This document shows positions 28,767-40,014 of a stretch of DNA of 64,000 bases, in pieces. Within the stretch, counting starts at the first letter, position 1. Every line of letters begins with the position of its first letter. Made by a program: the position numbers and the translations under genes. The notes beneath the pieces were generated by a model. The model did no database searches. It was not told where the DNA came from and worked only from the letters and a program-made list of their open reading frames with translations. Origin of the DNA: an uncultured Chthonomonadaceae bacterium (GTDB taxonomy: Bacteria > Armatimonadota > Chthonomonadetes > Chthonomonadales > Chthonomonadaceae); NCBI GenBank assembly GCA_963817895.1, contig CAWFQB010000014.1, forward strand, positions 640,001 to 704,000. Direction: 5' to 3'.

Positions 28767-30975
28767 TCAATCTCTTTTCAGCACCTGAAACAGGTTGCTG
28801 TAATCGTCGGTCCACGTCCGTAAATGGGGATCGCGGGGATGTCTTCCGCCACGTTTTTCAGCAGGGGCGATTTGAAAAAGCTGTGCTGTCCCGTGATGAG
28901 AACCCATTCGGTCGCGGACAGGGCGTTGGCCTCGTCTTCTCCCGTATTGATAACTTTCGCTTCCTTGCCCAACGCGTCAGCCAATCCCGCCACAACCGGG
29001 ACGAGATTCAGGTAGCGGTTGGAAACGTGGACGCACAAAATGCCATCGGGTTTCAGATGCTTGAAGTACAGTTCAAATGCCTCTTTCGTCAGCAGGTGGA
29101 CGGGAATAGCGTCGCTGGAAAAAGCGTCTACCGCCAGCGCGTCGAACCGCTGCGATTGGCCTGCGGCCAGTTCACTTTCCAGTGTCAGACGGGCATCCCC
29201 CATCACCACATCTATCTGCGCGGGGCAATCCTGAAGATAAGTAAACTCCAAACGCGCCACTTTCAGCACGAGCGGGTTGATCTCGTAGTACCGGTAAACA
29301 TCGCCTTTTCTGCCATAACTGGCAAGCGAACCGGTTCCCAATCCAATCACGCCGACGCGCTCCGGGCGTGAGTCGCTCCGCGCCCGAATTGCCAGCCCGA
29401 CGCCTGTATTCGCGCCGTAGTACGAGGTGTGCAGCCGCCGCCTTTCCGGTTTGAGGTACTGGTTGCCGTGCCGAATGGTTCCATAAACGAGGGTGCGCAA
29501 CGCGTCGTCATCGTTCACATCGTCCGATTGACTGACGCGCAGAACGCCGTAAAAGTTGCGCGTGGTCAGGTGGTAATCCTTGAGCAACTCCAGCATATTG
29601 CCCTGCATATACGCGATTAGCCCGCCCGTCAGAACCGTCAGCGCAATCCAGTTTGTTTCCCGCCACCATTTCTGGCCCGGCTCCCGGTATAGCGCGAATA
29701 GCGAAATCACGGCGCAGGCTCCGATGGCAAGCGGAAGTTCGTATTCGGCGCGGAAAAACTGGGGGGCAATCACGCCGACAAACACGCCGCCAAGCGCCCC
29801 GCCAATGGAAAGCATCAGATAAAAGACGGTCAAATGCCGCGTGTCCGGCTTCAATCGCGCCAGTTCGCCGTGACACACCACGCAGCAGACGAACAGCCCG
29901 CCCGCAAACACGGGGATTAAAATGTTGATTGCCAGGTTCTGGTTGTTGTCGTTGAGGGCATACGCCATCGCCGCGCAAAACGCGAACGGCAGCGGCAGAA
30001 ACGCCCGCTTCCATTCCCACTGTTTGCCCCAAAACACCAGATGAAACTCAGCAGGTACAGACTGAGCGGCAGCACCCACAAAAACGGGATGGCCGCCACA
30101 TTCTGCGACAGATGATTGCTCACCGCCAGCAGCAGCGTAGAAGAACACGCCGCCAGCAGTATCCAGACGGACAAAGGATGAAGGATGAAGGATGAAGGAT
30201 GAATCCGTTGTCAGATTCGACTCTCCTCTTCTCCTTTTCTCCTTTTCTCCTTCTTCTTCCCCGTCTCCCCTCATTCTGACCGCGACCACAATGCACAGGA
30301 GGGCGAAGCGCGATGTAGCCGGTTTGCCAGAGGGTTGCCTGCTGATGGAGAGTAAAGCGAGGTTCCACGAGAACGGGGTAACTGAGGAGGGCGAGGAGGG
30401 AACCCGTGTTGGACAGGGCGTACAGGCGATACGGAAAGGATTTGGCTTTTTCATCGGCATTGGCGTTGGCGCGGACATGGGCGTCGTACCAGGCTTGCAG
30501 CAGGGGGCTGGTGGTGGAAAGCAGGAAGTAGGGCAGGCCGATAGTCAGCAGCAGCAGCAGCAGAATAGGACCGGTCGGTTCCGCGCCGCCCTGCGGTTTG
30601 AGCGTGGAGGAGGGCAGCATGCGCAGGGTAACGATACTGATTGCCAGCAGGCTGACATGAACCCACTTCTGCCAAATGCGGCGGCAAATAGCGAATGGAG
30701 CCGTGCGCGTACAGGTAGCCGAGCAGCAGCACAAGCTGAAAAAACAGCAGGCAGGTTGTCCACACGGCTGCGGTTCCGCCGAACCAGGGCAGAATGATTT
30801 TGGCGATAATCGGCTGCACCTGAAACAGCAGAAACGCGCTGAGAAAAATCGTAAGCGCATACAGGAACAGCGGCAGGCGCGACGCGCTTCCGTATAAATC
30901 GTTGGGTGAGGAGGTAACTGTCACATCAGGAGAATCAGAAGAGGTCACGCCGTTTATTCCTTCATCAGTCTTCAA
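28767..30975 (-). CDS. Fused membrane/spermidine synthase-like methyltransferase (frameshifted)
   Basis: TIFLSAFLLFQVQP, LLSTTSPLLQAW, CHGEL, RNFYG, IGLGTG, DAFSSDAIPVHLLT, WTDDYSNLF. Confidence 0.85.
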
Positions 30976-32278
30976 CGCGAAGCCAGTTGGAAACTTCCAC
31001 CACGACGGGCAGATGCCGGATCGCTTCGAGCGCTTGTTTTACGCTGCGTCCGGGCGCTTCGTGCATCACCCATACAATATCCGTGTGCTTGCCCTGAATG
31101 GTTTTCTGCACCATAGATTCGATGTTGATTTCATAATCCCCGAATACGCCCGCAATGGCCGCCAGCACTTTGGGCTTATCCTGCACCACCATGCGAATGT
31201 AGTGCCGCGTGACAACCTCATCCATCGGCACAATCGACTTTTCATCGAAGCACAGGCTGGCGTCGCGCCCCGAGGAACCCCTGCGCAGGTTGCGGCAGGC
31301 GTCAATAATATCCCCGACTACAGCGCTGCCCGTCGGCCCGCTGCCCGCGCCCCGCCCGTAAAACATCACGTCGCCAACGGAGTCGCCCTTCACCATAATG
31401 GCGTTGTACACGTCATTGGTAGCGGCAAGAGGATGCGTTTTCAGCAGCAGCACGGGATGAACGCGCACCTGAATCCGGTTATCGTCTTCGCGTTTCGCCA
31501 CGCCCACCAGTTTAATGACGTAGCCCATTTCGTCCGCGTACTCAATATCGGTACGAGCGATGTGGGTAATGCCCTCCACGTACACATCGGCCAGATTGAC
31601 GCGGGTCGCGTAAGCAATGGACGCGAGAATGGCGATTTTATACTGCGCGTCGTAGCCCTCGATGTCGCTTGTCGGGTCCACTTCAGCGTAGCCATGCGCC
31701 TGCGCTTCCTGCAAAACATCGTTGAAGTCGGCGTGTTCGCGCGCCATTTTGGTCAGGATATAGTTGGTCGTGCCGTTGATGATACCGACGACTTCCTGCA
31801 CTTTATTGCCCGCCAGCGCGTTCTTCATCGGCTGAATAATGGGAATACCCCCCGCTACGCTGCCCTCAAACAAAAAGTCCAGTCCGCGTTGACTGGCCTC
31901 TTCCATCAGCGTCTGCCCCCGTTTGGCAATCAATTCTTTGTTGGCTGTGACGATCTGCTTGCCGTTGCGCAGGGCGCGCAGCACAAAGGATTGCGCCGGT
32001 TCCACGCCCCCGATGAGTTCGCAGACAATATCCACATCCGGGTCGTCCAGAATTTCCCCGGCGTCCGTCGTCAGCAATTCGCGGTCAACCGTTACGGCGC
32101 GTGGTTTATGAACGTCGCGCACGGCGATTTTCTTAATCTCGAACGGCAAGCCGATTTTTTGCTCGATGGCCCGCCGGTTGCGCTGCAATAAATCCACCGT
32201 TCCCGACCCAACCACGCCCAACCCCAACACGCCAATAACAATTTTTTCTTTGTCCCCATCAGAACCGCGACCGCTCAT
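30965..32278 (-). CDS. hom: Homoserine dehydrogenase with ACT domain
   Basis: GLGVVGSG, VTANK, FEGSVAGGIP, NGTTNYIL, GYAE.DPT.D, GRGAG. Confidence 0.95.
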   Translation of the reverse strand: MSGRGSDGDKEKIVIGVLGLGVVGSGTVDLLQRNRRAIEQKIGLPFEIKKIAVRDVHKPRAVTVDRELLTTDAGEILDDPDVDIVCELIGGVEPAQSFVLRALRNGKQIVTANKELIAKRGQTLMEEASQRGLDFLFEGSVAGGIPIIQPMKNALAGNKVQEVVGIINGTTNYILTKMAREHADFNDVLQEAQAHGYAEVDPTSDIEGYDAQYKIAILASIAYATRVNLADVYVEGITHIARTDIEYADEMGYVIKLVGVAKREDDNRIQVRVHPVLLLKTHPLAATNDVYNAIMVKGDSVGDVMFYGRGAGSGPTGSAVVGDIIDACRNLRRGSSGRDASLCFDEKSIVPMDEVVTRHYIRMVVQDKPKVLAAIAGVFGDYEINIESMVQKTIQGKHTDIVWVMHEAPGRSVKQALEAIRHLPVVVEVSNWLRVED

Positions 32279-32290
32279 GCAAAACCTCCA

Positions 32291-32397
32291 GGTTAGGTTG
32301 TTAGGTTGTTAGGTTGTTAGTTGTTAGGAATAACGGTTCTATATTATACGGTTCCCTTGAATACCAAATATCCTAACAACCTAACAACCTAACAACT
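32291..32397. repeat. Heptamer dyad (GTTAGGT)n / (ACCTAAC)n between accB stop and hom RBS
   Basis: Arms 32291-32328 and 32372-32397. Confidence 0.85.
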
Positions 32398-32895
32398 CTA
32401 TTCCTTCCTTAAAACAATTAACGGCGCTCCGGCCTGTACCAGTTGGCCGTCTTTGGCGGGAATGGATGTTATCATGCCCGCATGTTCCGCCTTAAATTCG
32501 GAAAAAACTTTCATGGCTTCGAGGACGCCGACAGTTTGGCCGATGCTCACGCGGTCGCCGACATTGACGAGCGGGGGCGCGCCGACTTTCTCCGCCCGAT
32601 AGAATACGCCCACCATCGGCGATTCAAGTATCAGTTGGTCGGCAGGAGCAACCGCTTCGGTTTTCTTCGCGGGCGGCGCGGCGCGGCGCGGCGCTGAAGC
32701 GGCGGGAGCAGGCGCAACACTGGGAACCATCGTACCGGGCGCGGCGAAGTGGACGCGGGGCGCTTTGGCGGGGCGTGGCCCGCGAATTCGGAGGAACCGG
32801 CCCTCCTCCTCGTAAATAAACTCTTCCAGCCCCTGCGCATCCACGAGCGCGACAAGGCGGGCGATCTCCTCCAATTCAAAACCAAAAAGCGCCAT
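32398..32895 (-). CDS. accB: Acetyl-CoA carboxylase biotin carboxyl carrier protein
   Basis: Ala/Pro linker, SPMVGVFY, EAMK biotinylation motif. Confidence 0.88.
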   Translation of the reverse strand: MALFGFELEEIARLVALVDAQGLEEFIYEEEGRFLRIRGPRPAKAPRVHFAAPGTMVPSVAPAPAASAPRRAAPPAKKTEAVAPADQLILESPMVGVFYRAEKVGAPPLVNVGDRVSIGQTVGVLEAMKVFSEFKAEHAGMITSIPAKDGQLVQAGAPLIVLRKE

Positions 32896-33057
32896 GCGGC
32901 GTATCCTTCTCCGAACCTGTTTATAGTCGTGCTGAGAGTGAAAATCGTAGCCCGGAGTACGTAATTTGTCTGCCGGGCATGTTGAGGGAGTATACCTACC
33001 GTAAGGGGGGAGTGTCAAGTTATTACTCTTATTGCTGCGCCCAGGCCGGCAAGCCTT

Positions 33058-34155
33058 TCAGCCTGCCAGCGCATAATCCGCTTCTTTCACTCCTGTCGGC
33101 TCTTCGTAAATTCGGTCGCGCATGATGGCGAAGATAACTTCTATATCGGCGATGGTATTGGCGCGGACGATGGCTTCGCGCAGGCGGGGCGCGCCGGGGT
33201 AGCCTTTGACATAGTTCGGCAACTGCCCGCGCAAGTGCCGGACGGCGTTGTTTTCGCCCATCACGCTTGCAAGATCGGTAACGTGTTCCAGCGCCACTTG
33301 AACCCGTTCGTCATAGTCCGGGTGCGGCAATAATTCGCCTGTGCGCAGATAATGGGTAATGTCACGGACGGCCCACGGATTGCCGATTGCCGCGCGTCCG
33401 ATCATTACGCCATCGCAGCCGGTTTCGCGCAGCATCCGTTCCGCGTCGTGGGGCGTCCGCACATCGCCGTTACCGACAACGGGCTTGGTGAGAACGGACT
33501 TCATTTCGCGGATGAGGTTCCAGTCGGCTTCTCCCGTATGCCCCTGCACGGCAAAGCGGGCGTGAAGCGCGAACGCCTGCGCCCCCACCGCTTCCAATTT
33601 TTTCGCGAGGGACGCGGTTGCCAGATGCCCGTAGTTCCAGCCCGCCCGCGTTTTCACGGTAACGGGTACAGCAACCGCATTGGCAATCGCTTCCACCACG
33701 CGGCAGGCGGTCGCCTCGTCCTTCATCATGGCCGCTCCCCCGCCGGATTTGCACACTTTGGGAACCCAGCAGCCCATGTTGATATCAATAATGTCCGCGC
33801 CCTCGCCTACCGCCACTTTCGCCGCTTCCGCCATGACAAACGGATCGCTGCCGAACAGTTGCACGGCAATCGGACGCTGATCCTCGGTCACGTCGAACAT
33901 GGACAGGGTTTTCTTGCTCTTATATTGAATGGCGTTCGTGCTGATTAGTTCGGTGACAAGCAACCCTGGTCCACCGATACGCTTCACCAGCCGCCGGTAC
34001 GCGCCATTGGTCACATCCGCCATGGGGGCGAGGACAACGGCCGGGTTTACGCGGATCGGGCCAATGGTGTAACTTGGTGACTGGTGGTTGGTGGTTGGTG
34101 GTTTATACTCGTTCTCAGGTTGTTTGACCAATGTTTGCATGGAAAGGTTAGACAT
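33058..34155 (-). CDS. dusB: tRNA-dihydrouridine synthase
   Basis: LAPMADVT, VQLFG, IDINMGC, PVTVKTRAG, GNGDV, GVMIGRAAIGNPW. Confidence 0.9.
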   Translation of the reverse strand: MSNLSMQTLVKQPENEYKPPTTNHQSPSYTIGPIRVNPAVVLAPMADVTNGAYRRLVKRIGGPGLLVTELISTNAIQYKSKKTLSMFDVTEDQRPIAVQLFGSDPFVMAEAAKVAVGEGADIIDINMGCWVPKVCKSGGGAAMMKDEATACRVVEAIANAVAVPVTVKTRAGWNYGHLATASLAKKLEAVGAQAFALHARFAVQGHTGEADWNLIREMKSVLTKPVVGNGDVRTPHDAERMLRETGCDGVMIGRAAIGNPWAVRDITHYLRTGELLPHPDYDERVQVALEHVTDLASVMGENNAVRHLRGQLPNYVKGYPGAPRLREAIVRANTIADIEVIFAIMRDRIYEEPTGVKEADYALAG

Positions 34156-34231
34156 ACTCCTATTGTACTACAGACCAACGTAGAGCGTAGTTTGTTGGCG
34201 AACAGCCAGATAATTTCAAACCAAGTCACTA

Positions 34232-36160
34232 TTACTCAATCGGTATCCACACCTGCATCGCGCCGGGTTCCCGATTCGCCCACGCATAATACGGAATGGC
34301 GGTAATCTGCACAGGTCGTACCGCGCTCGGATCAATGAAATGACGCGGCGCGTACAGGTATTGCCCCCGCTTCACGGCAATTCCGCCGCTGTAATACTCC
34401 ATTTTCTGTGCCATTGCCGAACCGCTCAAGGCCATGATGCCGCCGAGACAATCAGGCTTCATCGTGGCTTTCAAAGCCGTCTCATCGTCTTCCAGATACA
34501 CATTCCATACATCCACATCCGGGTTATCGGCCTGTTCTATGCAGTAGATAAGCGGCCCACGCTGTATTGCAACGCGCCCCCGGTTGTTCAGAACATGCGG
34601 GTGGCTTTGCAGGCGCGTCACGTCCATGGGCAGGCGCAGCGTAATGGTGGTTCCGGCTTCTCCAATCGGCAGTTCGGCGTAAGTTCCCGGCGCGGCAGCC
34701 ACACGTCGGGGCTGTCCATTGATTTCGATAACGGCGTCCATTTCATACGCGCGCAGGACATGCGCCCATTCGGGAATACGCAGGTACAGGAACTCCGCCA
34801 GCCCATTGGTTTCTTCAATCGTGATTTCTATCGCGCCATCCCATGGATAATTGGTACGCTGCTTCAAACGAACTACGCCGCCGTTCTCCGTATGTAGCGT
34901 TGCGGTTCCACTCGCGTACAGGTGAACCCAAATACTGGCGTTTTCTACGCTGTAGAAATAGCCGGGAAGGGAGGCGAGCAGGCGGGCGATGTTGGGCGGG
35001 CAGCAGGCGCAGCCGAACCACTCCTGCCGCCGATGGTTGCCGTTATCCGCAAGAGGGTTTTCATAAAAATAGCGCGTTCCGTCCAGTGACAGACCGGGCA
35101 GAACCGCGTTGTAAAGCGTATGCTCCATCAGGTCGGCGTATTTGGCCTGTCCTGTAATGTTGAGCATCCGCCAGTTCCACATCACACTGCCGATAGCCGC
35201 GCAGGTTTCCGCGTACGCGCGGTCGTTGGGCAGTTCGTAATCCTCGCCGAACGCTTCCCCATCGTGCCGCGAACCCGCCCCGCCCGTGACATACATGCGT
35301 TTAGTGGTGAAGTTGTTCCAAAGCGTTTCCAGCGCGTTGCGATATGCCCACGCATCCTGTTCCGCCGACACGTCCGCCGCGCCGCAGTTCAGGTACATCT
35401 GCCGCACGGCATGGCCCGTCATATCCTTCTGCTCGATGAACGGCGCGTGATCCTGAAAGTACCTGCCGTTTCCGAACAAGCCGGGTTTGCCGCCCCGCGC
35501 GTCTATCATAAACCGCGCCAGATGCAGATACCGCTCCTGTCCGGTTTCGCGGTACAGTTCCACGAGCGCCATTTCCGCCTCTTCATGCCCGCATGTTCCC
35601 AACCGTTTCGGTTCCGGCCCGAAAAGGCTGTCCAGTAAATCCGCGAAACGAATGGCGACATCGAGCAGCGTGGTTTTGCCCGTTGCCCGCTTGTGCGCAA
35701 TCGCCGCCTGTATCAGATGCCCCGCGCAGTAAATCTCGTGTTTGTCTTTCAGGTTCGTGAACCGCTCGGCCTCGCGCTCGAACATGAAGTAGGTATTCAG
35801 ATAGCCGTCCGACCCTTGCGCGTCCGCAATCTCCTGAATTACCGCGTCCAGATCGGCTTCCAATTTCGGATCAGGATGCGTGGCAAGCGACCACGACGCG
35901 GCTTCCGCCCACTTGTACACGTCCGAATCATCGAACGAATACAAGCCCTTAAACTCGCCGCCAATTTTGCCTGCCGCCCGCCGGAAATTGTCAATCCTTC
36001 CCGTCTCGTAACAATGCTTCAACTGCGCGGGTATCGTAACCTCGCGATTGGTATCCAGACGCGGCTTCCAAAAGCTGTCTTCCAGCCGTACCGCATCCAC
36101 GCCCACTGGCCGCAACCGGACATACGGACTGCGCGACAAATCTACCGGCCCCGTTGCCAT
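34232..36160 (-). CDS. Glycoside hydrolase family 127 (beta-L-arabinofuranosidase-like)
   Basis: DSDVYKWAEA, HEIYCAGH, GHAVR, YAETCA, CACCPPN, IPYYAWANR. Confidence 0.92.
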   Translation of the reverse strand: MATGPVDLSRSPYVRLRPVGVDAVRLEDSFWKPRLDTNREVTIPAQLKHCYETGRIDNFRRAAGKIGGEFKGLYSFDDSDVYKWAEAASWSLATHPDPKLEADLDAVIQEIADAQGSDGYLNTYFMFEREAERFTNLKDKHEIYCAGHLIQAAIAHKRATGKTTLLDVAIRFADLLDSLFGPEPKRLGTCGHEEAEMALVELYRETGQERYLHLARFMIDARGGKPGLFGNGRYFQDHAPFIEQKDMTGHAVRQMYLNCGAADVSAEQDAWAYRNALETLWNNFTTKRMYVTGGAGSRHDGEAFGEDYELPNDRAYAETCAAIGSVMWNWRMLNITGQAKYADLMEHTLYNAVLPGLSLDGTRYFYENPLADNGNHRRQEWFGCACCPPNIARLLASLPGYFYSVENASIWVHLYASGTATLHTENGGVVRLKQRTNYPWDGAIEITIEETNGLAEFLYLRIPEWAHVLRAYEMDAVIEINGQPRRVAAAPGTYAELPIGEAGTTITLRLPMDVTRLQSHPHVLNNRGRVAIQRGPLIYCIEQADNPDVDVWNVYLEDDETALKATMKPDCLGGIMALSGSAMAQKMEYYSGGIAVKRGQYLYAPRHFIDPSAVRPVQITAIPYYAWANREPGAMQVWIPIE

Positions 36161-36236
36161 AGCAACCTCCTTGCACAAGAGAATACAGAAGAAATAGACA
36201 GGATTAACAGGATTTTCAGGATTAACAAGATTATTT

Positions 36237-37661
36237 CAGTATCTTTGCACTTTTTGAAGAAGGGGTAGCGGACATGGCTTTCTTTGTGGAAAATGGAAAG
36301 TGCCAACCATCCATTCCCGAGGAAAACCATGCCCACTCCTATTATCTGCGCAAGTCAGGCACTTTGTCAATTCCTAGCCGCATTTCGTTGCGTGTTCAGC
36401 AAGCCTCAGTTCAAGTACCTCGAAACCGTACTGCTGGCGCTCATGCAAGTCGAAGGCCGACGCACACTCTCAGGAATGTTGCACAAAGTGCAATGCAGTG
36501 TCACTTTAGCCGGACTGTCGCGCTTCTTTGCCCGTGCGCCGTGGAGCGAAGCCGCTTTAGCAGAGCAGTGGCAAGCCCGTTTTCGGCAACAGCAGCAAGC
36601 AAGCGTTCAGTACGCGCATCAACACCAACGACAACAGCGCGGCAAAGCGCCCGGTCGTCCGAAGGCAACCCTGCTCACCGGTTACCTGATTATGGATGAC
36701 AGCACCCATGCCAAGCCGTATGCCAAAACGATGCGCGGTTTAGGGCGTCACCACAGCAGCACACACGGCAAGCGGGTGAGCGGGCATAGCCTGTTCCAAG
36801 CGTTGTATGTGCTTGTTGGCAGGCGTTGTCCCTTGCTGCCACGTATGTACCGGACCAAGAACGTGTGCCAAGCGCAAGAAACGCCGTTCGTGAGCAAGGT
36901 CGCGATGGCGGTTTCGTGTGTGCAAACCTTTGTCCCTGCCCCCGACACGCACACGCATGCGCTGGTAGATGCGTGGTACATGAACAAAGCGCTGTGGAAA
37001 GCGGCCAAGCAACGCGGCTTCGACCTCAGCGGCGGTCTAGCCTGCAACCGCAGTCTGCGCGTGACGGACGCGCAGGAAAACAAAGTCTGGCAAAAGCTGT
37101 CGGTTTACGCCGCATCTGTGACGGACGAGCAGTTCGAGAAGGTGGTCTGGCCTTCGGACACGGGCGGGCAGGTTCTCTGGGTGCATCGGCGGCGAACGCT
37201 GGTGCGCAAGTTAGGCGCGTGTCAAGTGCTGTGCGTGAAGCGTCACCTGGAGGATCCGCCGCACAAGACAACCTTCTACGTCAGCAGTCTGGTAGACGCG
37301 GACACCCCAACGCTTGTTGCCATTATCGCCGTCCGCTGGCACATCGAGACGTTCTTTGCCGATGTCAAGGAACTCTTCGGCACCGACCACTACCAGATGA
37401 TGAGCGATGTTGCCGTCGTGCGCTTCTGGACGCTTGCGTGTCTGGCCTACGTGTTTCTGGAAGAACAACGCGCCTCTCTACCGAAGCCGAGGGTTGAGAA
37501 CAGACAGCAAAGTGTCAGTATCGGACACATGAGACGCCAAATACAGGCACAACACCAGAACAATCTGCTGCAATGGGTATTCGACCACTACCAACAAGGA
37601 ACCACGCCAGAGCAGGTGCAGCTACTCTTGGCGGCCTGAACCCAAAAGTGCAAAGATACTG
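36237..37661 (+). mobile_element. IS701-like insertion sequence
   Basis: 18-bp terminal IR CAGTATCTTTGCACTTTT / AAAAGTGCAAAGATACTG; TATTTCAG repeated at 36232-36239 and 37665-37672, exact target duplication ambiguous. Confidence 0.85.
36329..37639 (+). CDS. IS701/IS4-like DDE transposase
   Basis: LIMDDS, VDAWY, RWHIETFFADVKELFG.DHYQ. Confidence 0.88.
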   Translation: MPTPIICASQALCQFLAAFRCVFSKPQFKYLETVLLALMQVEGRRTLSGMLHKVQCSVTLAGLSRFFARAPWSEAALAEQWQARFRQQQQASVQYAHQHQRQQRGKAPGRPKATLLTGYLIMDDSTHAKPYAKTMRGLGRHHSSTHGKRVSGHSLFQALYVLVGRRCPLLPRMYRTKNVCQAQETPFVSKVAMAVSCVQTFVPAPDTHTHALVDAWYMNKALWKAAKQRGFDLSGGLACNRSLRVTDAQENKVWQKLSVYAASVTDEQFEKVVWPSDTGGQVLWVHRRRTLVRKLGACQVLCVKRHLEDPPHKTTFYVSSLVDADTPTLVAIIAVRWHIETFFADVKELFGTDHYQMMSDVAVVRFWTLACLAYVFLEEQRASLPKPRVENRQQSVSIGHMRRQIQAQHQNNLLQWVFDHYQQGTTPEQVQLLLAA

Positions 37662-37796
37662 CAGTATTTCAGGCGCACAGGGCATCTGTGCTGTATCGAG
37701 TATAAGCGCGTCTCAATAGCCGAACACATCCTGTTGTACCTACACTTCAAAAATCCTGTTTAATCCTGAAAATCCTGTTAATCCTGTCTATTATCC

Positions 37797-38435
37797 TCAT
37801 CGTTCTTTGCTTGCCGCGACCATTTCGAGGAAGTAGGCATGAACTTGCGGGTCGTCGGTCAGTTCGGGATGGAAGGCGGTGGCGAGAATATTGCCTTGCC
37901 GCGCGGCCACGATTTTGTCGCGGAAATGGCCTAAAATCTGCACATCCGGCGACGCTTCCACGATGTAGGGGGCGCGAATGAACACTCCGCGCACACTATT
38001 TTGGTTCTCGTTCGCGTCTGGTGCAGTGGAAACGTTATTTAGCGAGGTGAACGGAACGTCGGCCTCGAAGCTGTCAATCTGGCGTCCGAAGGCGTTGCGG
38101 GCGACGGTCACGTTCAGCGCGGCAAGGGTGGGCTGTTCCGGCCTGTCCTGAATGGTTTTCGCCAGCAGAATCATGCCGGCGCAGGTTCCATAAGCGGGCA
38201 TTCCCTTTTCGAGACGCGCTTGAATGGCGGTGTCAAGGCCGATACGCTGCATCAGTTTACCGATAGTCGTGCTTTCGCCGCCGGGCAAAACAAGCGCGTC
38301 GACTGCCTGCAAATCCTCTAAAGCGCGAACAAACCGGGTTGTTGCCCCAAGCTGTTCTTCAAGCATTTTGCGGTGCGCGTCATAATCGCCCTGAAGCGCT
38401 AGGATACCGATAATTTTGTTGTTACTTTCGTTCAT
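37797..38435 (-). CDS. pdxT: Pyridoxal 5'-phosphate synthase glutaminase subunit
   Basis: GILALQG, LPGGESTT, GTCAGMILL, RNAFGRQ, FIRAP, FHPEL. Confidence 0.95.
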   Translation of the reverse strand: MNESNNKIIGILALQGDYDAHRKMLEEQLGATTRFVRALEDLQAVDALVLPGGESTTIGKLMQRIGLDTAIQARLEKGMPAYGTCAGMILLAKTIQDRPEQPTLAALNVTVARNAFGRQIDSFEADVPFTSLNNVSTAPDANENQNSVRGVFIRAPYIVEASPDVQILGHFRDKIVAARQGNILATAFHPELTDDPQVHAYFLEMVAASKER

Positions 38436-38436
38436 A

Positions 38437-38823
38437 TCATAAAATCACATTTGGATTGTCAGGTTCGATGTTTCGCGATACCAGTTCAACACGATGCCCC
38501 TTCGGGTCTTCCACAACCGCCCGCCTGCCCCATTCCGAGTTCGCAGGTTTCGTTACAATCTTGACTCCAGCCATTGTCAGTTTGCTTACAAGTCCGTCAA
38601 CATCCTCGACTTGAAACCCCAGTCGGATGGATGCAGTACTGTCTGCTTCCTTCCGGCGCGGATAAATTTCAAATACGCAGCCGTTCAGTTCGGCAGAATA
38701 GTGTTCGGGGCCGGAACCATGCCGATGTTTCGTAAACGTCAGGCCTAACTGTCGGTAGAATTGCGCCGTGTTTTCAGTATCGCCACAACGAATGACGAGC
38801 AGTTTAAGCGCAGGTTCAGCCAT
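38437..38823 (-). CDS. VOC/glyoxalase family protein
   Basis: FYRQLGL.F..H.HG.GPEHY, LGFQV, WGRRAVVEDP.GHRVEL. Confidence 0.8.
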   Translation of the reverse strand: MAEPALKLLVIRCGDTENTAQFYRQLGLTFTKHRHGSGPEHYSAELNGCVFEIYPRRKEADSTASIRLGFQVEDVDGLVSKLTMAGVKIVTKPANSEWGRRAVVEDPKGHRVELVSRNIEPDNPNVIL

Positions 38824-39142
38824 CTTGCTTTTGTCCATAAAGTACATTGAGATTGAGCAGATGATGACCAAAAACAGTCTTTGCGGCATTATCTGTCACT
38901 ACAACCAGAAATTGCTCGGCCACGCCGTAAGATAACATAACATGCGTGTATTTCTCATCAGCGCTAATGTACACGTAGGAGATGTCAATGGAATCAAGCG
39001 TCGCTGGCAATGAATGTTGCCGAATACAGGACACCACGTAGTCTTTGATATTGATTGCGCCGTCTTCATCCTCTCCCTGCAAACACATGGGTGAGATGAA
39101 CGCGCTCTGAAACTCAACAGCGTCAAGTTCCCGAATATTCAT
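38816..39142 (-). CDS. Hypothetical protein
   Basis: 108-aa ORF overlapping the next gene in an apparent operon. Confidence 0.55.
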   Translation of the reverse strand: MNIRELDAVEFQSAFISPMCLQGEDEDGAINIKDYVVSCIRQHSLPATLDSIDISYVYISADEKYTHVMLSYGVAEQFLVVVTDNAAKTVFGHHLLNLNVLYGQKQDG

Positions 39143-39188
39143 CGAAGCCGTTCCTTTTTCCTCGTTCGCGCAAAACTGCCTTTACAAG

Positions 39189-40014
39189 TCAGGGCAAGCG
39201 GGTGCAGCGCAAGCCTTCCGCATACTGGACGCGCAGCAGTTTGCCGTCATTTTCCGCGCTGTGCTGAACGAAGCCTTCAATACGGCGTAGTTTCTCGCCG
39301 TAAAACTGGCTTTTGTGGATGGCAAGCAGTTCGCGCTTGATCGGCCATTGATTGGTAACATCTAAGGCGAAGTTGGGGGCAGCGGTCGAAAAGCGCAGCA
39401 GCCATGCCGCAATCCCGGCCTGACGCGCGGCGCGTTCCGCCGCTTCGCCCGCGTTGCGGTGGTCGCGGTGGCTAAAACGTGGGGGATATTCGGTATCGAA
39501 CGCGAGTACATAGTCGGGCTGTACGCGCTTCATAACGGCGGCGATACGTTCTACGACATCAAGATTGGCGAACAGGCGGCCATCCGGGTACGATAGGAAT
39601 TCCACCGACTGCGCGTTCCAGATTTTGGCGGCGTCGCGCTGCTCCTGCTGTCGGACGCGGCGGTTGCGCTGCCAATCCTCAAACGGATAATAGCCCTTGT
39701 CGCCGTCCGTGCAGACCACAAGGGTAATCTGCGCCCCTGCCGCTCCCAACCGCGTCAGCAAGCCGCCGATGTAAAATTCGGCGTCGTCCGGGTGCGCCGT
39801 GACCACGAGTATCTTCGCGCCAACGTGGAACAGTATTGGCGCTGTCCGGGTCGGTCCACGGGTTGTTTGTCGGTAGGGCGCGGGGAACAAAGTCGTACCG
39901 CTGCGGCTGGTACTCGTAAAGGCCAACGAGAACGCCGCTCAAAATCGCCAGCGTACCCAATCCACGCCGCAGCCAGCGGGATTTACGGGAACGCGGTTTA
40001 CGCTCAGTTGACAT
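39189..40014 (-). CDS. PIG-L/LmbE family deacetylase with N-terminal anchor (frameshift near 39835)
   Basis: AHPDDAE, TDGDKG, R..EQ..AA, HRDH, AIHKSQ. Confidence 0.85.

Larger units (their letters stand above)
36193..37792. repeat. 9-mer tandem dyad (CAGGATTAA-type) whose loop contains the IS701-like element
   Basis: Perfect 33-bp IR 36193-36225 / 37760-37792. Confidence 0.85.
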
